Shown: positions 43,170 through 53,441, counted from the first letter of the stretch. The stretch: DNA of 64,000 nt from Candidatus Eiseniibacteriota bacterium (GCA_963823555.1 CAWGMA010000001.1:1056001-1120000); one strand, 5' to 3'. Numbers and translations: made by a program. The notes: a model not told the origin generated them from the letters alone.

Positions 43170-45699
43170 GGATTCGAGGAAGCGAGCGGCTCCCGCCGCT
43201 TCCCGCCGGGGCCAGGCCGCGGGCCGGAGTTCCGAGAGCACCCGGGGTGGGGTACCCACGGAGACCGCGAGTGGTTTCGCCGCCGTTCCCGGGTGGGTAT
43301 GGGCGGTCGCGATCGTGCTCGTCGTCATTGTCTACTTCTATCCGCTGATATTCATGGGGCAGGTCTTCTCATCGCCGGATGCGCAGGCCCCGCAGGGCTT
43401 CGCCGTGTATGCCGCCGAGTGGCGGGCACGCACCGGGGAATACCCACTGTGGAACCCGTTCATGTTCTGCGGCCTGCCCTCCTACGCGGCGCTCGCTTAC
43501 AACCCGGACGTCTACTTTCCGGACTGGATCTTCGCCCTCCTCGGCGGGCTCGCGCCGCCCATGCTGTGGCTCATCGTCTACTACATGATCGGGGCGCTCG
43601 CGCTCTACGCGCTCCTCGGGGATCACGGCGCGGCCCGGGCCCCGGCTGCTCTGGGCGGACTCCTGTTCGCGCTCGCGCCGAACCTGATCGCGGTCGGTGC
43701 CCACGGCCATGGCAGCCAGCTCGTCAACTCGGGGTTGATCCCGGTGGCGCTTCTCGCGCTCCATCGCTTTCTGGCTCGAGGCCGCGCCACGTGGCTCTCG
43801 CTCCTGGCCCTCACTCTCGGCGCCCAGGTCCTGCGCGGCCATGTGCAGATCGCTTACTACACATGGCTCGCGATCGCGATCTATCTCGTCTACTACCTCC
43901 TCGATCGGCGTCGCGGCGGCACGACGTTCGTGGTGGCACCGCGCCGGGGTCTTGGCGGTGTGGGCGCAGCCCTCGCTCTCGGCGCTCTTCTGGGGGCCGT
44001 CCTGGCGCTGCCGGTGGCGGCGTATGCCCCCCATTCGATCCGCGGCGGTGGGGCGACGGGCGGCGTCAGTTTCGACTACGCCACGGGATGGTCGCTCGGG
44101 CTCGGTGAGCTGTGGACCATGATCGTGCCCTCGGCGCTCGGCTTCGGCGGTGAGACCTACTGGGGGACGATGCCCTTCACCGACTATCCGAACGCCTACA
44201 TCGGCATCATCACCCTCTTCTTCGGTGCCATGGTCTTCCTGATCCCGGCCGGCCGCCGCCGACAGCCCGGATGGAGCCCGGCCGTGTTCTATCTGGCACT
44301 GGCCGCGCTCGGTCTTCTCATCGCTCTCGGCAAGAACTTCTTCCTCTATGATCTCCTCTATCGCTTCCTCCCATACTGGAAGAAGTTCCGCGTGCCGGTG
44401 ATGATCCTCGTGCTCACGCATCTCGCCCTGGCCGGTCTGTTCGCCCTGGGGCTGACCCGGCTCTTGCGCCTCGCGGTGGAAGGCGGCCCCGGCGCGTCGC
44501 GCCTGGCTCGCCTCATGGGATGGAAGACGGCGGCGATGGTCGCCGTCTTCGTCCTGGTGATCCTCCTCGGCGGCTCCTTCCGCGACAGGTACAGCGATGC
44601 TTTTCGCCAGAGTCCGCGGATCGCCGCGCAGCTGGCCCGCGCTCCAGACGTGGCCCGTCAGCTCGGGAGCCGCGCGGCCGGACGCGCGCACAAGGACCTC
44701 CTCGTGAACGTGGGACTCGTCGCCGCGGCAGGCGCCCTGGGGGCGATGCTCCTCAGCCGCCGCCTCCGCCCAGAGCTCTTCGTGGGAGGGGTGGCCATCC
44801 TCCTGGCTCTCGACGTGGTGCCCATCGGATACGAGATCATGCGACCCTTGATCACGTCTCCCTCCGACCTCGTGAAACCCACGGCGCCGGACGACGTCGT
44901 CGAGTTCCTGCGCGCGAAGGAAGGCCCGTTCCGCATCTACCCGCTGGAGGAGTTCCGCTCGAATCGTTTCGCCACCTTCGGCATCGCTTCGGTGGGGGGG
45001 TACCATGCCGCCAAGCCGCGGGCGTACCAGGAGTTCATGGATGCGTTCGGCATCGAGACGTTCGAGCTCTTCAGCCACCCCGATCGCTACCGATTGCTCG
45101 ACCTCCTCAATGTCCGCTACCTCGTGACCGCGGCCGAGGCCGGGGACAACCCGCGCTTCCGGAAGGTCCACGATGGGCCGATGAAGATCTACGAGAACCT
45201 CACCGTCGGCCCACGGGCCTTCACCGTGGGGGAGGCCGAAGTGGTCCCGACAGCGGCCGCCGCGCTGGCCCGGCTCGGCGACCCAGAATTCGATCTTTCA
45301 CGCCGCGCCGTGGTGGCCACCGCGGTCGGGCCGCTCGGCGGTCCGGATGCCGTGGGCCGGGCGACGGTGAAGGAGTTCGAGCTCAACCGCGTGGTGGTCG
45401 AGGTCACTGCCGAGGCACCGGTCCTCCTCGTCCTTGCCGATGTGTTCGATCCCGGCTGGCAGGCGCAGGTGGACGGCGCCCGGAGCCCTGTGATCCAGAC
45501 CGACCATATCTTCCGTGGCGTCCGTGTCGATAGTGGAGCACATGAGGTCGAGTTCCACTATGTGGCTCCGGGGTTGCGCCTCGGGTTCCTGCTCTCGCTG
45601 GTGTCTGGAGCCGGGATCCTCCTGATGGCGGCGATATCCCTCATCCACGGACGCCGGGGATCCCGGATGTCACACCAGGGTGGTGAAGTATCGGGATGA
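43156..45699 (+). CDS. YfhO-family GT-C membrane protein
   Basis: PLWNPFMFCGLP, GHVQIAYY, YATGWS, YWG.MPFT.YPNAYIG, KFRVP, GGYHAAK; C-terminal LVLAD...PGWQA.VDG...GAHEVEFHY. Confidence 0.85.
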   Translation: MTSARDSRKRAAPAASRRGQAAGRSSESTRGGVPTETASGFAAVPGWVWAVAIVLVVIVYFYPLIFMGQVFSSPDAQAPQGFAVYAAEWRARTGEYPLWNPFMFCGLPSYAALAYNPDVYFPDWIFALLGGLAPPMLWLIVYYMIGALALYALLGDHGAARAPAALGGLLFALAPNLIAVGAHGHGSQLVNSGLIPVALLALHRFLARGRATWLSLLALTLGAQVLRGHVQIAYYTWLAIAIYLVYYLLDRRRGGTTFVVAPRRGLGGVGAALALGALLGAVLALPVAAYAPHSIRGGGATGGVSFDYATGWSLGLGELWTMIVPSALGFGGETYWGTMPFTDYPNAYIGIITLFFGAMVFLIPAGRRRQPGWSPAVFYLALAALGLLIALGKNFFLYDLLYRFLPYWKKFRVPVMILVLTHLALAGLFALGLTRLLRLAVEGGPGASRLARLMGWKTAAMVAVFVLVILLGGSFRDRYSDAFRQSPRIAAQLARAPDVARQLGSRAAGRAHKDLLVNVGLVAAAGALGAMLLSRRLRPELFVGGVAILLALDVVPIGYEIMRPLITSPSDLVKPTAPDDVVEFLRAKEGPFRIYPLEEFRSNRFATFGIASVGGYHAAKPRAYQEFMDAFGIETFELFSHPDRYRLLDLLNVRYLVTAAEAGDNPRFRKVHDGPMKIYENLTVGPRAFTVGEAEVVPTAAAALARLGDPEFDLSRRAVVATAVGPLGGPDAVGRATVKEFELNRVVVEVTAEAPVLLVLADVFDPGWQAQVDGARSPVIQTDHIFRGVRVDSGAHEVEFHYVAPGLRLGFLLSLVSGAGILLMAAISLIHGRRGSRMSHQGGEVSG

Positions 45700-46409
45700 A
45701 AGCGCTCATCGTCATTCCCACCTACAACGAGCGGGACAACCTGGGTGAGATCGTGCCCCGGGTCCTGGCTGTCGACTCGCGCTTCGAGGTGCTGATCGTC
45801 GACGACGGCTCGCCGGACGGCACCGGCGCCATTGCCGATGATCTGGCGGCCAGGATCCCGCGCGTGCATGTGATCCACCGGCCGGGAAAGCTCGGCCTGG
45901 GATCGGCCTACCGCATGGGCTTCCGTTTCGCGCTCGAGCGTGACTACGATCTCGTCTTCGAGATGGACGCCGATTTCTCGCACGATCCGGCGAGCCTGCC
46001 GGCGTTCCTCCGCGCCATCGAGGACGCGGATCTCGTCATCGGTTCCCGCTACCTGAACGGCGTCACCGTCGTCAACTGGCCGATCGGGCGGCTGCTCCTG
46101 TCCTACGCCGCCAACCGCTACACGCGCATCATCACCGGTCTTCCGCTCTGCGACTCGACGACCGGCTTCAAGTGTTTCCGCCGCGAGGTCCTCGCCGCCA
46201 TCGATCTCGATCGCGTGCGTTCCGAGGGGTATTCGTTCCAGATCGAGATGAACTTCAAGGCATGGAAGAAGGGATTCCGCATCCGCGAGATTCCCATCGT
46301 CTTCTCCGATCGTCGGGTCGGCATCTCCAAGATGTCGAAGCGAATCGTCCGCGAGGCGGCGACCATGGTCTGGCGTCTCCGATTCCAGGACCTCTTGGGC
46401 CGGCTATGA
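45696..46409 (+). CDS. Polyprenol monophosphomannose synthase (Ppm1/DPM1-like GT2)
   Basis: IPTYNERDN, DDGSPDGTG, GKLGLGSAY, EMDADFSHDP, GSRY, GYSFQIEM, DRRVG.SKMS. Confidence 0.9.
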   Translation: MKALIVIPTYNERDNLGEIVPRVLAVDSRFEVLIVDDGSPDGTGAIADDLAARIPRVHVIHRPGKLGLGSAYRMGFRFALERDYDLVFEMDADFSHDPASLPAFLRAIEDADLVIGSRYLNGVTVVNWPIGRLLLSYAANRYTRIITGLPLCDSTTGFKCFRREVLAAIDLDRVRSEGYSFQIEMNFKAWKKGFRIREIPIVFSDRRVGISKMSKRIVREAATMVWRLRFQDLLGRL

Positions 46410-46428
46410 GCGCGCGCGAGGGCCGGCC

Positions 46429-48072
46429 ATGAGCACGCAAGAGACGGCAGCGGAATCGGCTCGCCCCGATGCGAGATGGCCGTCGCTCGCTGTCGTCATC
46501 GTCGCCTATGAAACGCCGGACCTCCTGCGGAAATGCCTCGATTCGTTGCGCGCCGCCGGTGTCCTGGGGCGTGATCCGGTGGTGGTGGTCGATAACTCGG
46601 CCGGCGAGGGGTCGGCCGACGTCGCTCGCCAGACACCCGGCGTGACGCTCATTCCCAATCCGAAGAACGTGGGCTTCGCCCGGGCGGTGAACCAGGGGAT
46701 CGCGGCCACCGAGAGCGACTTTGTCCTCGTGCTCAATCCCGACATCGAAGTCGAGCCCGGGGCCATCGATCGGCTCCTCTCGGCCATGGCGGAGGAGCCC
46801 ACGGCCGGCCTGGCCGGGGCCAAGCTCCTCAATCCCGATCGCACCCTCCAGCATTCCTGCCGTCGCTTCTACACGCCGGCGACCATGATCCTGCGCCGCA
46901 CCTTCCTCGGCCGGCTCTTTCCCCGGCACCGTGTCCTGCGCGAGCACCTGATGCTCGACTGGGACCACATGACCCGGCGCGACGTCGACTGGCTCATCGG
47001 CGCTTGCCTCCTCATCCGCCGTGAGGCCGTGCTCGATGTGGGCCCCATGGACGAGCGGTTCTTCCTCTACTTCGAGGACGTGGACTGGTGCGCGCGCATG
47101 CACAACCGGGGCTGGAAGGTGCTCTACGTGCCCGATGCGGTGATGGTGCATCATCACCGCCGCGAATCGGCCAAGAGCGGACTCTTGCACCCGAGTCGCC
47201 GCATGCATCTCGAGAGCGTGCTCCGCTTCTACGAGAAGTGGAGTCTCCTGCTCTATGTCATCAAGCGAAATCGTGATCGGTGGCGTGGCCTGATCCTGGC
47301 CCTGAGCGACTTCATCGCGCTGAACGCGGCGTTCCTGCTTGCCTTCGGCGTGCGCAAACTGCTGGCAGGGTATTTCACCAAGCCGTTGTTCGCCGTCGCC
47401 GACTACTGGCAGTTCCTCCTGGTCTTCAATCTGGCGACGTTCATCGCGCTCCGCCGCCAGGGCCTCTACCGACCTGGTCGCCCCGTGGCGCCGCTCGAGG
47501 TGACGAAACGAATCGCGAAGTCGGTCGTCCTGTCGGCGCTCGCGGTCCTGGTCTCGACCTTCTTTCTCTACATCCAGGCCTATTCCCGCTTCGTGGTCAT
47601 GCTCACCGTCCCCCTGGCGATCGCGGCCATCAGCGGGGCGCGGCTCGTGATCGATCGTATCCGCGATCGGCTCGCGGCCGAGGGCCTGGCTGCTCGTCGC
47701 GTGCTCCTCATCGGCGATCGCGAGCTCGCGGCGTGGATGGCGGAGCGGCTCCTGGCCGAGCGCCAGCCACGGGTCGAGATCGTGGGGCCGCTCGCGGCCG
47801 CAGCGAACCTCCTCGCCGAGCGTGGTCATGTGCTGGAGCGGATGCGGGAGATCTGCCACCGCGAACGCGTCCACGAGGTGATCGTGGCCGACCGCGATGG
47901 GCGCTTCACCGCCCTGGCGCGCGAGCTGGGGCCGCTGGGGCGGGATGGCGTGAGGGTCCAGCTCCTCGGCCCCTGGGCCTGCGAGATCGCCGGATGGCGG
48001 ATCGAGGAGACAGCCGGAGTGGACCTGCTCGTACCGCCCTCGGTCGGACCGAGCGCGGAGCGGGTGGAGTAG
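46429..48072 (+). CDS. GT2 glycosyltransferase fused to a WcaJ/CpsE-type membrane + Rossmann-like module (no phosphoglycosyltransferase domain)
   Basis: N-half: NVGFARAVN, LNPD, MDERFFLYFEDVDWC; C-half: ~4-5 TMs with GLY motif, then RRVLLIG. Confidence 0.8.
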   Translation: MSTQETAAESARPDARWPSLAVVIVAYETPDLLRKCLDSLRAAGVLGRDPVVVVDNSAGEGSADVARQTPGVTLIPNPKNVGFARAVNQGIAATESDFVLVLNPDIEVEPGAIDRLLSAMAEEPTAGLAGAKLLNPDRTLQHSCRRFYTPATMILRRTFLGRLFPRHRVLREHLMLDWDHMTRRDVDWLIGACLLIRREAVLDVGPMDERFFLYFEDVDWCARMHNRGWKVLYVPDAVMVHHHRRESAKSGLLHPSRRMHLESVLRFYEKWSLLLYVIKRNRDRWRGLILALSDFIALNAAFLLAFGVRKLLAGYFTKPLFAVADYWQFLLVFNLATFIALRRQGLYRPGRPVAPLEVTKRIAKSVVLSALAVLVSTFFLYIQAYSRFVVMLTVPLAIAAISGARLVIDRIRDRLAAEGLAARRVLLIGDRELAAWMAERLLAERQPRVEIVGPLAAAANLLAERGHVLERMREICHRERVHEVIVADRDGRFTALARELGPLGRDGVRVQLLGPWACEIAGWRIEETAGVDLLVPPSVGPSAERVE

Positions 48073-48242
48073 GGGCGACCGCCGCCCCCCCCGGGCGCGC
48101 CGCTCTCGCGCCCTTGCCGGCCGCGTGCTAATCTCCCGCCAACACGTCGTTTCTGCGGTGGATGGCGGGGGCGGTTGAGCCTGACCCTGCGCCTGGCCGC
48201 AAGAACCCCTATTGGCCTCGTCGCCCCGCCCCTGGGAGTTCG

Positions 48243-50522
48243 ATGCACAGACGACCCGCCTTCGGCCCGTCCTGTCCCCCCGCGCTTCTGATCGGCCTCT
48301 TGCTCCTGGTCTCGGCACCTCCCTCCAGAGCGGCCGTCGGGGAGTGGTCGACCTTCATCGACGGCACGGTTCAACACGGCATCGCCGCCGGGAACGATCC
48401 AGCCCGCGTGTGGGTCGCCTCGACCGGTGGCGCCACGGCCTTCTCACCCGCCGACTCGTCCTACGGGCGACTCTTTCGCAATGATGGGCTCCCGTCCAAC
48501 GACCTGACGGCGGTGGCGGTCGATGCCGGTGAACGGCGCTGGTTCGGTTCGCGCAGCGATGGACTGCAAGTCGCGCCGAAGGACGGCGGATTCCTGAGTC
48601 GGCCTCTCGATCAATTCGACCTGGGATCCGATTCGGTGCGCGTCCTCCTGGCCGCGGACGATCAGGTGTGGGTGGGGACAGCGACCGGGGCCGCGCTCGT
48701 CGCGTATCCAGCGGATCCTTCCGATCCCGGGAGCGCCGTCGTCTCGACGATCAATCTCGAGGCCATTCTCGGTCGCTCGCCGCTCGTCAACGGCATCGCC
48801 GTCCAAGGGGACACGACGTGGTTCGGCACGGGGCGTGGCGTCGTCCGGCGCGAGCCCGACGGATCGCGCTCGGTCGTGAACGAGGGGCTCACCGACCCCG
48901 ATGTGCGCTCCCTGATCCGCGCCGCGGGGTATCTCTGGGCCGGAACCGCGACCAGCATCTTCCGCCTCGAGGATGGGCGCTGGGTGGAGCGTGCGAGCGG
49001 GCTCACCACCGGCCGGCCCTATGTCTGCTTCGCGGTGCACGCCGGGGCGCTCCACGCCGGAGCGTCGGTCCTGGGGGACAATCCGACCGTCTATCGCTTC
49101 GACGGTGCGGCCTGGATACCCAGCACGAACGGCATCGCGAGCCGGAGCGTGAGCGGCCTCGCCGATCTCGGAGGCGAGCTGTGGGCGACCACCGATCGCG
49201 GCCTGTACCGGCTCGGTCTGAACGGCGTCTGGCGCCGCTTGCCGTCGCCCGATCCGCCGGGCCCGGGCCTTCTTGCCTTCAACAGCGACTATCGTGACGT
49301 GGCCGTGATCCCGGGCACCCCTCGTGCTCGTGCGGTGACCCGGACGTTCCTCACGGAGCTCACGCTCGAGGATGACCGAGGGCCCCATTTCCTCGCCGTG
49401 CCCCGTGGCCAGCAGGGCATCGAGGCTCGTGATTTCGCCACCCTTCATGTCGACCGGAACGACGACATCTGGCTCGGACACTGCTGCTGCGGCACGCTCG
49501 CCAACTGCCGCGGCGAACGCCTGCCCGATCTTGCCGGCACCGCGGAGCCGTTTGCGACCTGGGACGTGTTCGACATTGCTGAAGCCCCTGATGGGAGCAT
49601 CTGGTTCGCCAGCGTGCGGAATGGACCGAGCCAGGGCCAGGGTATCTACCGCATCGATCCCGCGAGCGGCGCCATCGATCATTTCACCGAGGCCGACGGG
49701 CTGGCTTCCGGTTCGGTGCAGGCCATCGCCTTCGACGGCCAGGATCAGATGTGGATCGGGACCACCGACAATTTCGTTGATGTGTGGCGTAACCCCGGCC
49801 GCCGGCCGGCGAACATCGCGCATCTCACGACGGCTGACGGTCTTCCCTCGAGCCGCATCACGGCGCTTGCGGCCAGCGGCGGCGAGATGTGGGTGGGTAC
49901 GGTGAGCGGGATCGCGGTGTTTGCGGGAACCACCCTCGTGCGCACGATCTCGGGAGGTGCGCTGCCCGATCCACTGGTGACGGCCCTTGCTGCCGACGGT
50001 TGCCAGCGAGTCTGGGTGGGAACGCCCGAGGGAGCCGCGGAGCTTGGCCGCGAGGGACAGGTGCTCTCGGTGGTGAGCGCCACGACTCGCCCGGGCCTCT
50101 CGGCTTCGCAAGTCAACGCGATCGCTGTCGATCGCGATGCCGCATCGATCTGGTTTGCCACCCAGGGGGGCCTCGATCGGCTGGTCTATGACAAGGGCTG
50201 TTCAAGTGGTGGGGGTGGCGGGGGCGATGAGGCGCGCGGCTGCACACGACTCTGCCCCTATCCGAATCCGTTCCGTCCCGGAGGCGGGGCGGGCCTGTCG
50301 CTCGCCGAGACGGGAGGCGTGGGCGAAGTGCGCGTCACCGTTCTCGATGCCGTGGGTCATGAGATCGCCACGCGCTTGGCGCCGGCCTCGGGCAGCGTCT
50401 GGGATGGCATGGACGATTCCGGCCATCCGGTGCCGTCGGGCGTCTATCTTCTCCGCATCCTCCCGACCGATGCCACCTGCAACTGCGCCCCCGACTTCCG
50501 CCGCGTGGCCGTGCAACGATGA
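48243..50522 (+). CDS. Secreted double beta-propeller (two-component-regulator propeller / PorZ-like) with FlgD/T9SS-like CTD
   Basis: Signal peptide ending SRA-AVGEWSTF; repeats DGLPSN, WFG, WVGT..G, WAGT, WIGT, WFAT..GL; CTD PYPNPF...WDG.D..G..VPSGVYL. Confidence 0.75.
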   Translation: MHRRPAFGPSCPPALLIGLLLLVSAPPSRAAVGEWSTFIDGTVQHGIAAGNDPARVWVASTGGATAFSPADSSYGRLFRNDGLPSNDLTAVAVDAGERRWFGSRSDGLQVAPKDGGFLSRPLDQFDLGSDSVRVLLAADDQVWVGTATGAALVAYPADPSDPGSAVVSTINLEAILGRSPLVNGIAVQGDTTWFGTGRGVVRREPDGSRSVVNEGLTDPDVRSLIRAAGYLWAGTATSIFRLEDGRWVERASGLTTGRPYVCFAVHAGALHAGASVLGDNPTVYRFDGAAWIPSTNGIASRSVSGLADLGGELWATTDRGLYRLGLNGVWRRLPSPDPPGPGLLAFNSDYRDVAVIPGTPRARAVTRTFLTELTLEDDRGPHFLAVPRGQQGIEARDFATLHVDRNDDIWLGHCCCGTLANCRGERLPDLAGTAEPFATWDVFDIAEAPDGSIWFASVRNGPSQGQGIYRIDPASGAIDHFTEADGLASGSVQAIAFDGQDQMWIGTTDNFVDVWRNPGRRPANIAHLTTADGLPSSRITALAASGGEMWVGTVSGIAVFAGTTLVRTISGGALPDPLVTALAADGCQRVWVGTPEGAAELGREGQVLSVVSATTRPGLSASQVNAIAVDRDAASIWFATQGGLDRLVYDKGCSSGGGGGGDEARGCTRLCPYPNPFRPGGGAGLSLAETGGVGEVRVTVLDAVGHEIATRLAPASGSVWDGMDDSGHPVPSGVYLLRILPTDATCNCAPDFRRVAVQR

Positions 50523-51910
50523 GTGGATTCGGAGGAACGACGTGGTCCGGCCCGGCATCGACCGCGACGGTGGGCCGCTTTCAATTACGCGGCCGCTCCG
50601 TTGTTCTCCTGCTCGTCCTGGAGGCGGTGCTGACCGTTGGTCTGATCCTGGCCGGCGGCGAGGTCGGAGCGGCGGTGGCTCTTCTCATCGCCGGCGGCGC
50701 CTTGATCACGACCCTCCTGTTCGTGCTTCCCGAGTCCGAGCGCGAGCCCCTGCTCGCCATCTTCGGCCTGGGTCTCATGCTGCGCGTCACGGTGCTCATC
50801 GTGATGGAGGCGATTCTCAGATCGCCGGCCAATCCCTACGGGTTCTTGTTCCCTGATTCGTTCGGCTATGATCGCGTGGGTTTGAATATCGCGGACCACT
50901 GGCGAGCCGGGAGGCCGGCCCGCATCGAGTACCAGACCGCCGGATTCACCATCGGTTATCACTACTTCGTGGCGTTGCTCTACGCGGTCGTGGGACATCT
51001 GCCCTTGTTCGTGAAGGCCGTGAACGTCCTTCTCTCCGCCTCCCTGGTACCGCTCACGTTCCTCCTCGGCCGGCGCCTCGCAGGGAAGAGGGTGGGGCTC
51101 ACCGCCGCCATGTTCATGGCCGTGTGGCCGCCCATTCTCTTCTGGTCCGCGCAGATGTTGAAGGACGCGCTCATCGCCTTCCTCCTGCTCTCCGCTGTCC
51201 TGGGGTGGGTGGGATTCGTCAGGCGCCCCCGTCTCGTGGCGTTGGTCATGGCCGTGCTGCCGGCGATTCCCCTCCTCTTCCTGCGGACCTACATGTTCCT
51301 CTTCTGGGCCATCAGTCTGGCTGCCGGGTTCTTCGTGTGGGCCCGGGAGCGGGGCCAGAAGCTGGTGGCCATGGTCCTGGCCCTGGCCGTGGCCGCCGGT
51401 GGTATCTGGGGCGCCCTCCAGTACTCCGCCCTTCGTTTCGGCGACCTGGATGTCTGGGTCTCCAAGATCTCGGCGGTCGGCACCATGGAGGGTTCGGTCT
51501 TCTCGGGCGTGTTCTACCGCTCGATAGGCGACCTTCTGGCCTTCTATCCTCTGGGATTCATCCGCTTCTTGCTCACCCCTCTACCCTGGAAGGCCGATCC
51601 TCTATACTGGCCCGAGGCAGTGGGCTCGGTCCTGCGCTACATCCTGTTGCCTTTCGCCCCGTTCGGGCTTCTCTATCTGTTGCGAAAAGAGCGATCCGCC
51701 GTCTTTCCCATCCTGGTGATCGGCTTTCTCGCTGTCTCCATCTATGCCACCGCGTTCCGCGGCGGCGGTCCGCGCCATATGACCCAGCTCTATCCCTATC
51801 TCTTCGTGGCCGCCGCAGCGGGATTCGGACGTTTCCCCAGCTGGCCCCTCCCGGTGGCGGTGGGGTGGATCGCTTTCCTCGGTGCTGTGGCCGCACTCGG
51901 CCTGGCCTAG
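50519..51910 (+). CDS. Polytopic membrane protein, GT-C / Wzy-polymerase-like
   Basis: ~11-12 TMs; PDSFGYD acidic loop motif, WSAQMLKD, FLLTPLPW, R.H/Y in last loop; context of wzx and GTs. Confidence 0.6.
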   Translation: MSGFGGTTWSGPASTATVGRFQLRGRSVVLLLVLEAVLTVGLILAGGEVGAAVALLIAGGALITTLLFVLPESEREPLLAIFGLGLMLRVTVLIVMEAILRSPANPYGFLFPDSFGYDRVGLNIADHWRAGRPARIEYQTAGFTIGYHYFVALLYAVVGHLPLFVKAVNVLLSASLVPLTFLLGRRLAGKRVGLTAAMFMAVWPPILFWSAQMLKDALIAFLLLSAVLGWVGFVRRPRLVALVMAVLPAIPLLFLRTYMFLFWAISLAAGFFVWARERGQKLVAMVLALAVAAGGIWGALQYSALRFGDLDVWVSKISAVGTMEGSVFSGVFYRSIGDLLAFYPLGFIRFLLTPLPWKADPLYWPEAVGSVLRYILLPFAPFGLLYLLRKERSAVFPILVIGFLAVSIYATAFRGGGPRHMTQLYPYLFVAAAAGFGRFPSWPLPVAVGWIAFLGAVAALGLA

Positions 51911-51934
51911 AGAGGGAGGAGCGAGAGTTCTGTC

Positions 51935-53389
51935 ATGGCCCAGGCATCGGTTCGAGTCCTCATCATTGGCGCAGGGGTCGCCGGTCGCGAAGCCGCCGCC
52001 GAGATGCACGAGCATCCCGAGTTCGGCTACGTGCCGGTGGCCTTTGTCGATGACGACGCGACGAAGCTCGGCAGCGAGGTCGCGGGCCTCAAGGTCCTCG
52101 GCACGCGCCATGACATCTCGCGCCTGGTGACCGAACTCGCGATCGACGAGATCCTGATCGCCGTGCCCTCGGAGACCGGCGAGACCATCCGCGCCCTGGT
52201 TCGCGCCTGCGAGCAAGCGAAGGTCGACTTCAAGATCGTGCCCGGGATTCGCGAGATCATCCTCGGCGAAGTCACGATCGACCGCATCCGGCGCGTGACT
52301 CCGGAGGATCTCCTCGGACGCGAGACCGTGGACCTGGCTCCTGCGGTGGCGGCCGAGACCACCCTCGCCGGTCGCACCGTGCTGGTCACCGGCGCCGGGG
52401 GCTCGATCGGCGCCGAGCTCTGCCGCCAGGTTCTCGCTGCCGGGCCGCGCCGGCTCGTCCTCCTGGGGCGGGGCGAGAACTCGATCTTCGAGATCGAGGC
52501 CGAGCTCCAGGCCGAGAGGGGATCAGCCGAGCTGAGGCCGGTCGTCGCCGACGTCCGGGACCGTCGGTCGCTCGATGTGGCGCTCGGTGAGCACCGGCCC
52601 GAGGTCGTCTTCCACGCCGCTGCGCACAAGCACGTCCATTACATGGAGCGCTTCCCCGAAGAAGCGGTTCTGCGCAACGTCGTCGGTACCGCCAATCTGA
52701 TCGCGGCGGCGCGCGGTGCCGGTTGCGAGCGCTTGGTCGTCATCTCGACCGACAAGGCCGCCGAGCCGCGGAGCGTGATGGGCGCGACGAAGCGTCTGGC
52801 CGAGGAGATGGTGCGCGCGGTGGGGGCGGAGGACCGGCCACGGCTCACCGCTGTGAGGTTCGGCAACGTGCTCGGCAGCCGCGGCTCGGTGGTGCCGCTC
52901 TTCAAGCGGCAGATCGCCCGGGGTGGTCCGGTCACCGTCTCCGATCCCGAGGCCACGCGCTACTTCATGACGGTGCGTGAAGCCGCCGCGCTCGTCATCC
53001 AGGCGGCCGCTCTCGGCCATTCCGGTGAGGTCTATGTCCTCGACATGGGACAGCCGATTCGCATCCTCGACCTGGCCCACGAACTCATCATCTTCTCCGG
53101 CTTCAGGCCCGATATCGATATCCCCATCGTCATCACCGGGCTGCGCCCCGGCGAGCGCCGGCACGAGCGATTGTGGGCCGATGACGAGATCCTCAGCCCG
53201 ACGCCCCTCCCCAAGATCAAGCTGGTGCGGAGCCATACGCCTCCCCGCGCAGACCTCACGGCCATCGTGGGCGAGCTGGAGGCGGCTGCGGTGCGGTGTG
53301 ATCGGCCGCGCGTGCGGGAGCTCCTGGAGCGGGCCGTCCCCAGCTTCCGGTCAGAGCCGGCGCCGGCGGAAAGCCGCGGTGAGCCGTGA
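51935..53389 (+). CDS. CapD/PglF-like NDP-sugar 4,6-dehydratase lacking N-terminal TM segments
   Basis: IIGAG..G, FVDDD..K.G, EDLLGRE, TGAGGSIG.EL, FHAAAHKHV, ISTDKA, MGATKR, VRFGNVLGSRGSVVP, GLRPGE. Confidence 0.92.
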   Translation: MAQASVRVLIIGAGVAGREAAAEMHEHPEFGYVPVAFVDDDATKLGSEVAGLKVLGTRHDISRLVTELAIDEILIAVPSETGETIRALVRACEQAKVDFKIVPGIREIILGEVTIDRIRRVTPEDLLGRETVDLAPAVAAETTLAGRTVLVTGAGGSIGAELCRQVLAAGPRRLVLLGRGENSIFEIEAELQAERGSAELRPVVADVRDRRSLDVALGEHRPEVVFHAAAHKHVHYMERFPEEAVLRNVVGTANLIAAARGAGCERLVVISTDKAAEPRSVMGATKRLAEEMVRAVGAEDRPRLTAVRFGNVLGSRGSVVPLFKRQIARGGPVTVSDPEATRYFMTVREAAALVIQAAALGHSGEVYVLDMGQPIRILDLAHELIIFSGFRPDIDIPIVITGLRPGERRHERLWADDEILSPTPLPKIKLVRSHTPPRADLTAIVGELEAAAVRCDRPRVRELLERAVPSFRSEPAPAESRGEP

Positions 53390-53441
53390 GATCTGAGGTC
53401 CCTCACCCTTGCGGGCGCGCGCTTCGGCGCGAGGGCGAGCC

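Noticed and set aside
51945..51965. GGTTCGAGTCC resembling a tRNA T-loop
   Set aside because: The flanks do not form a T-stem or cloverleaf, and it lies within the capD-like coding start
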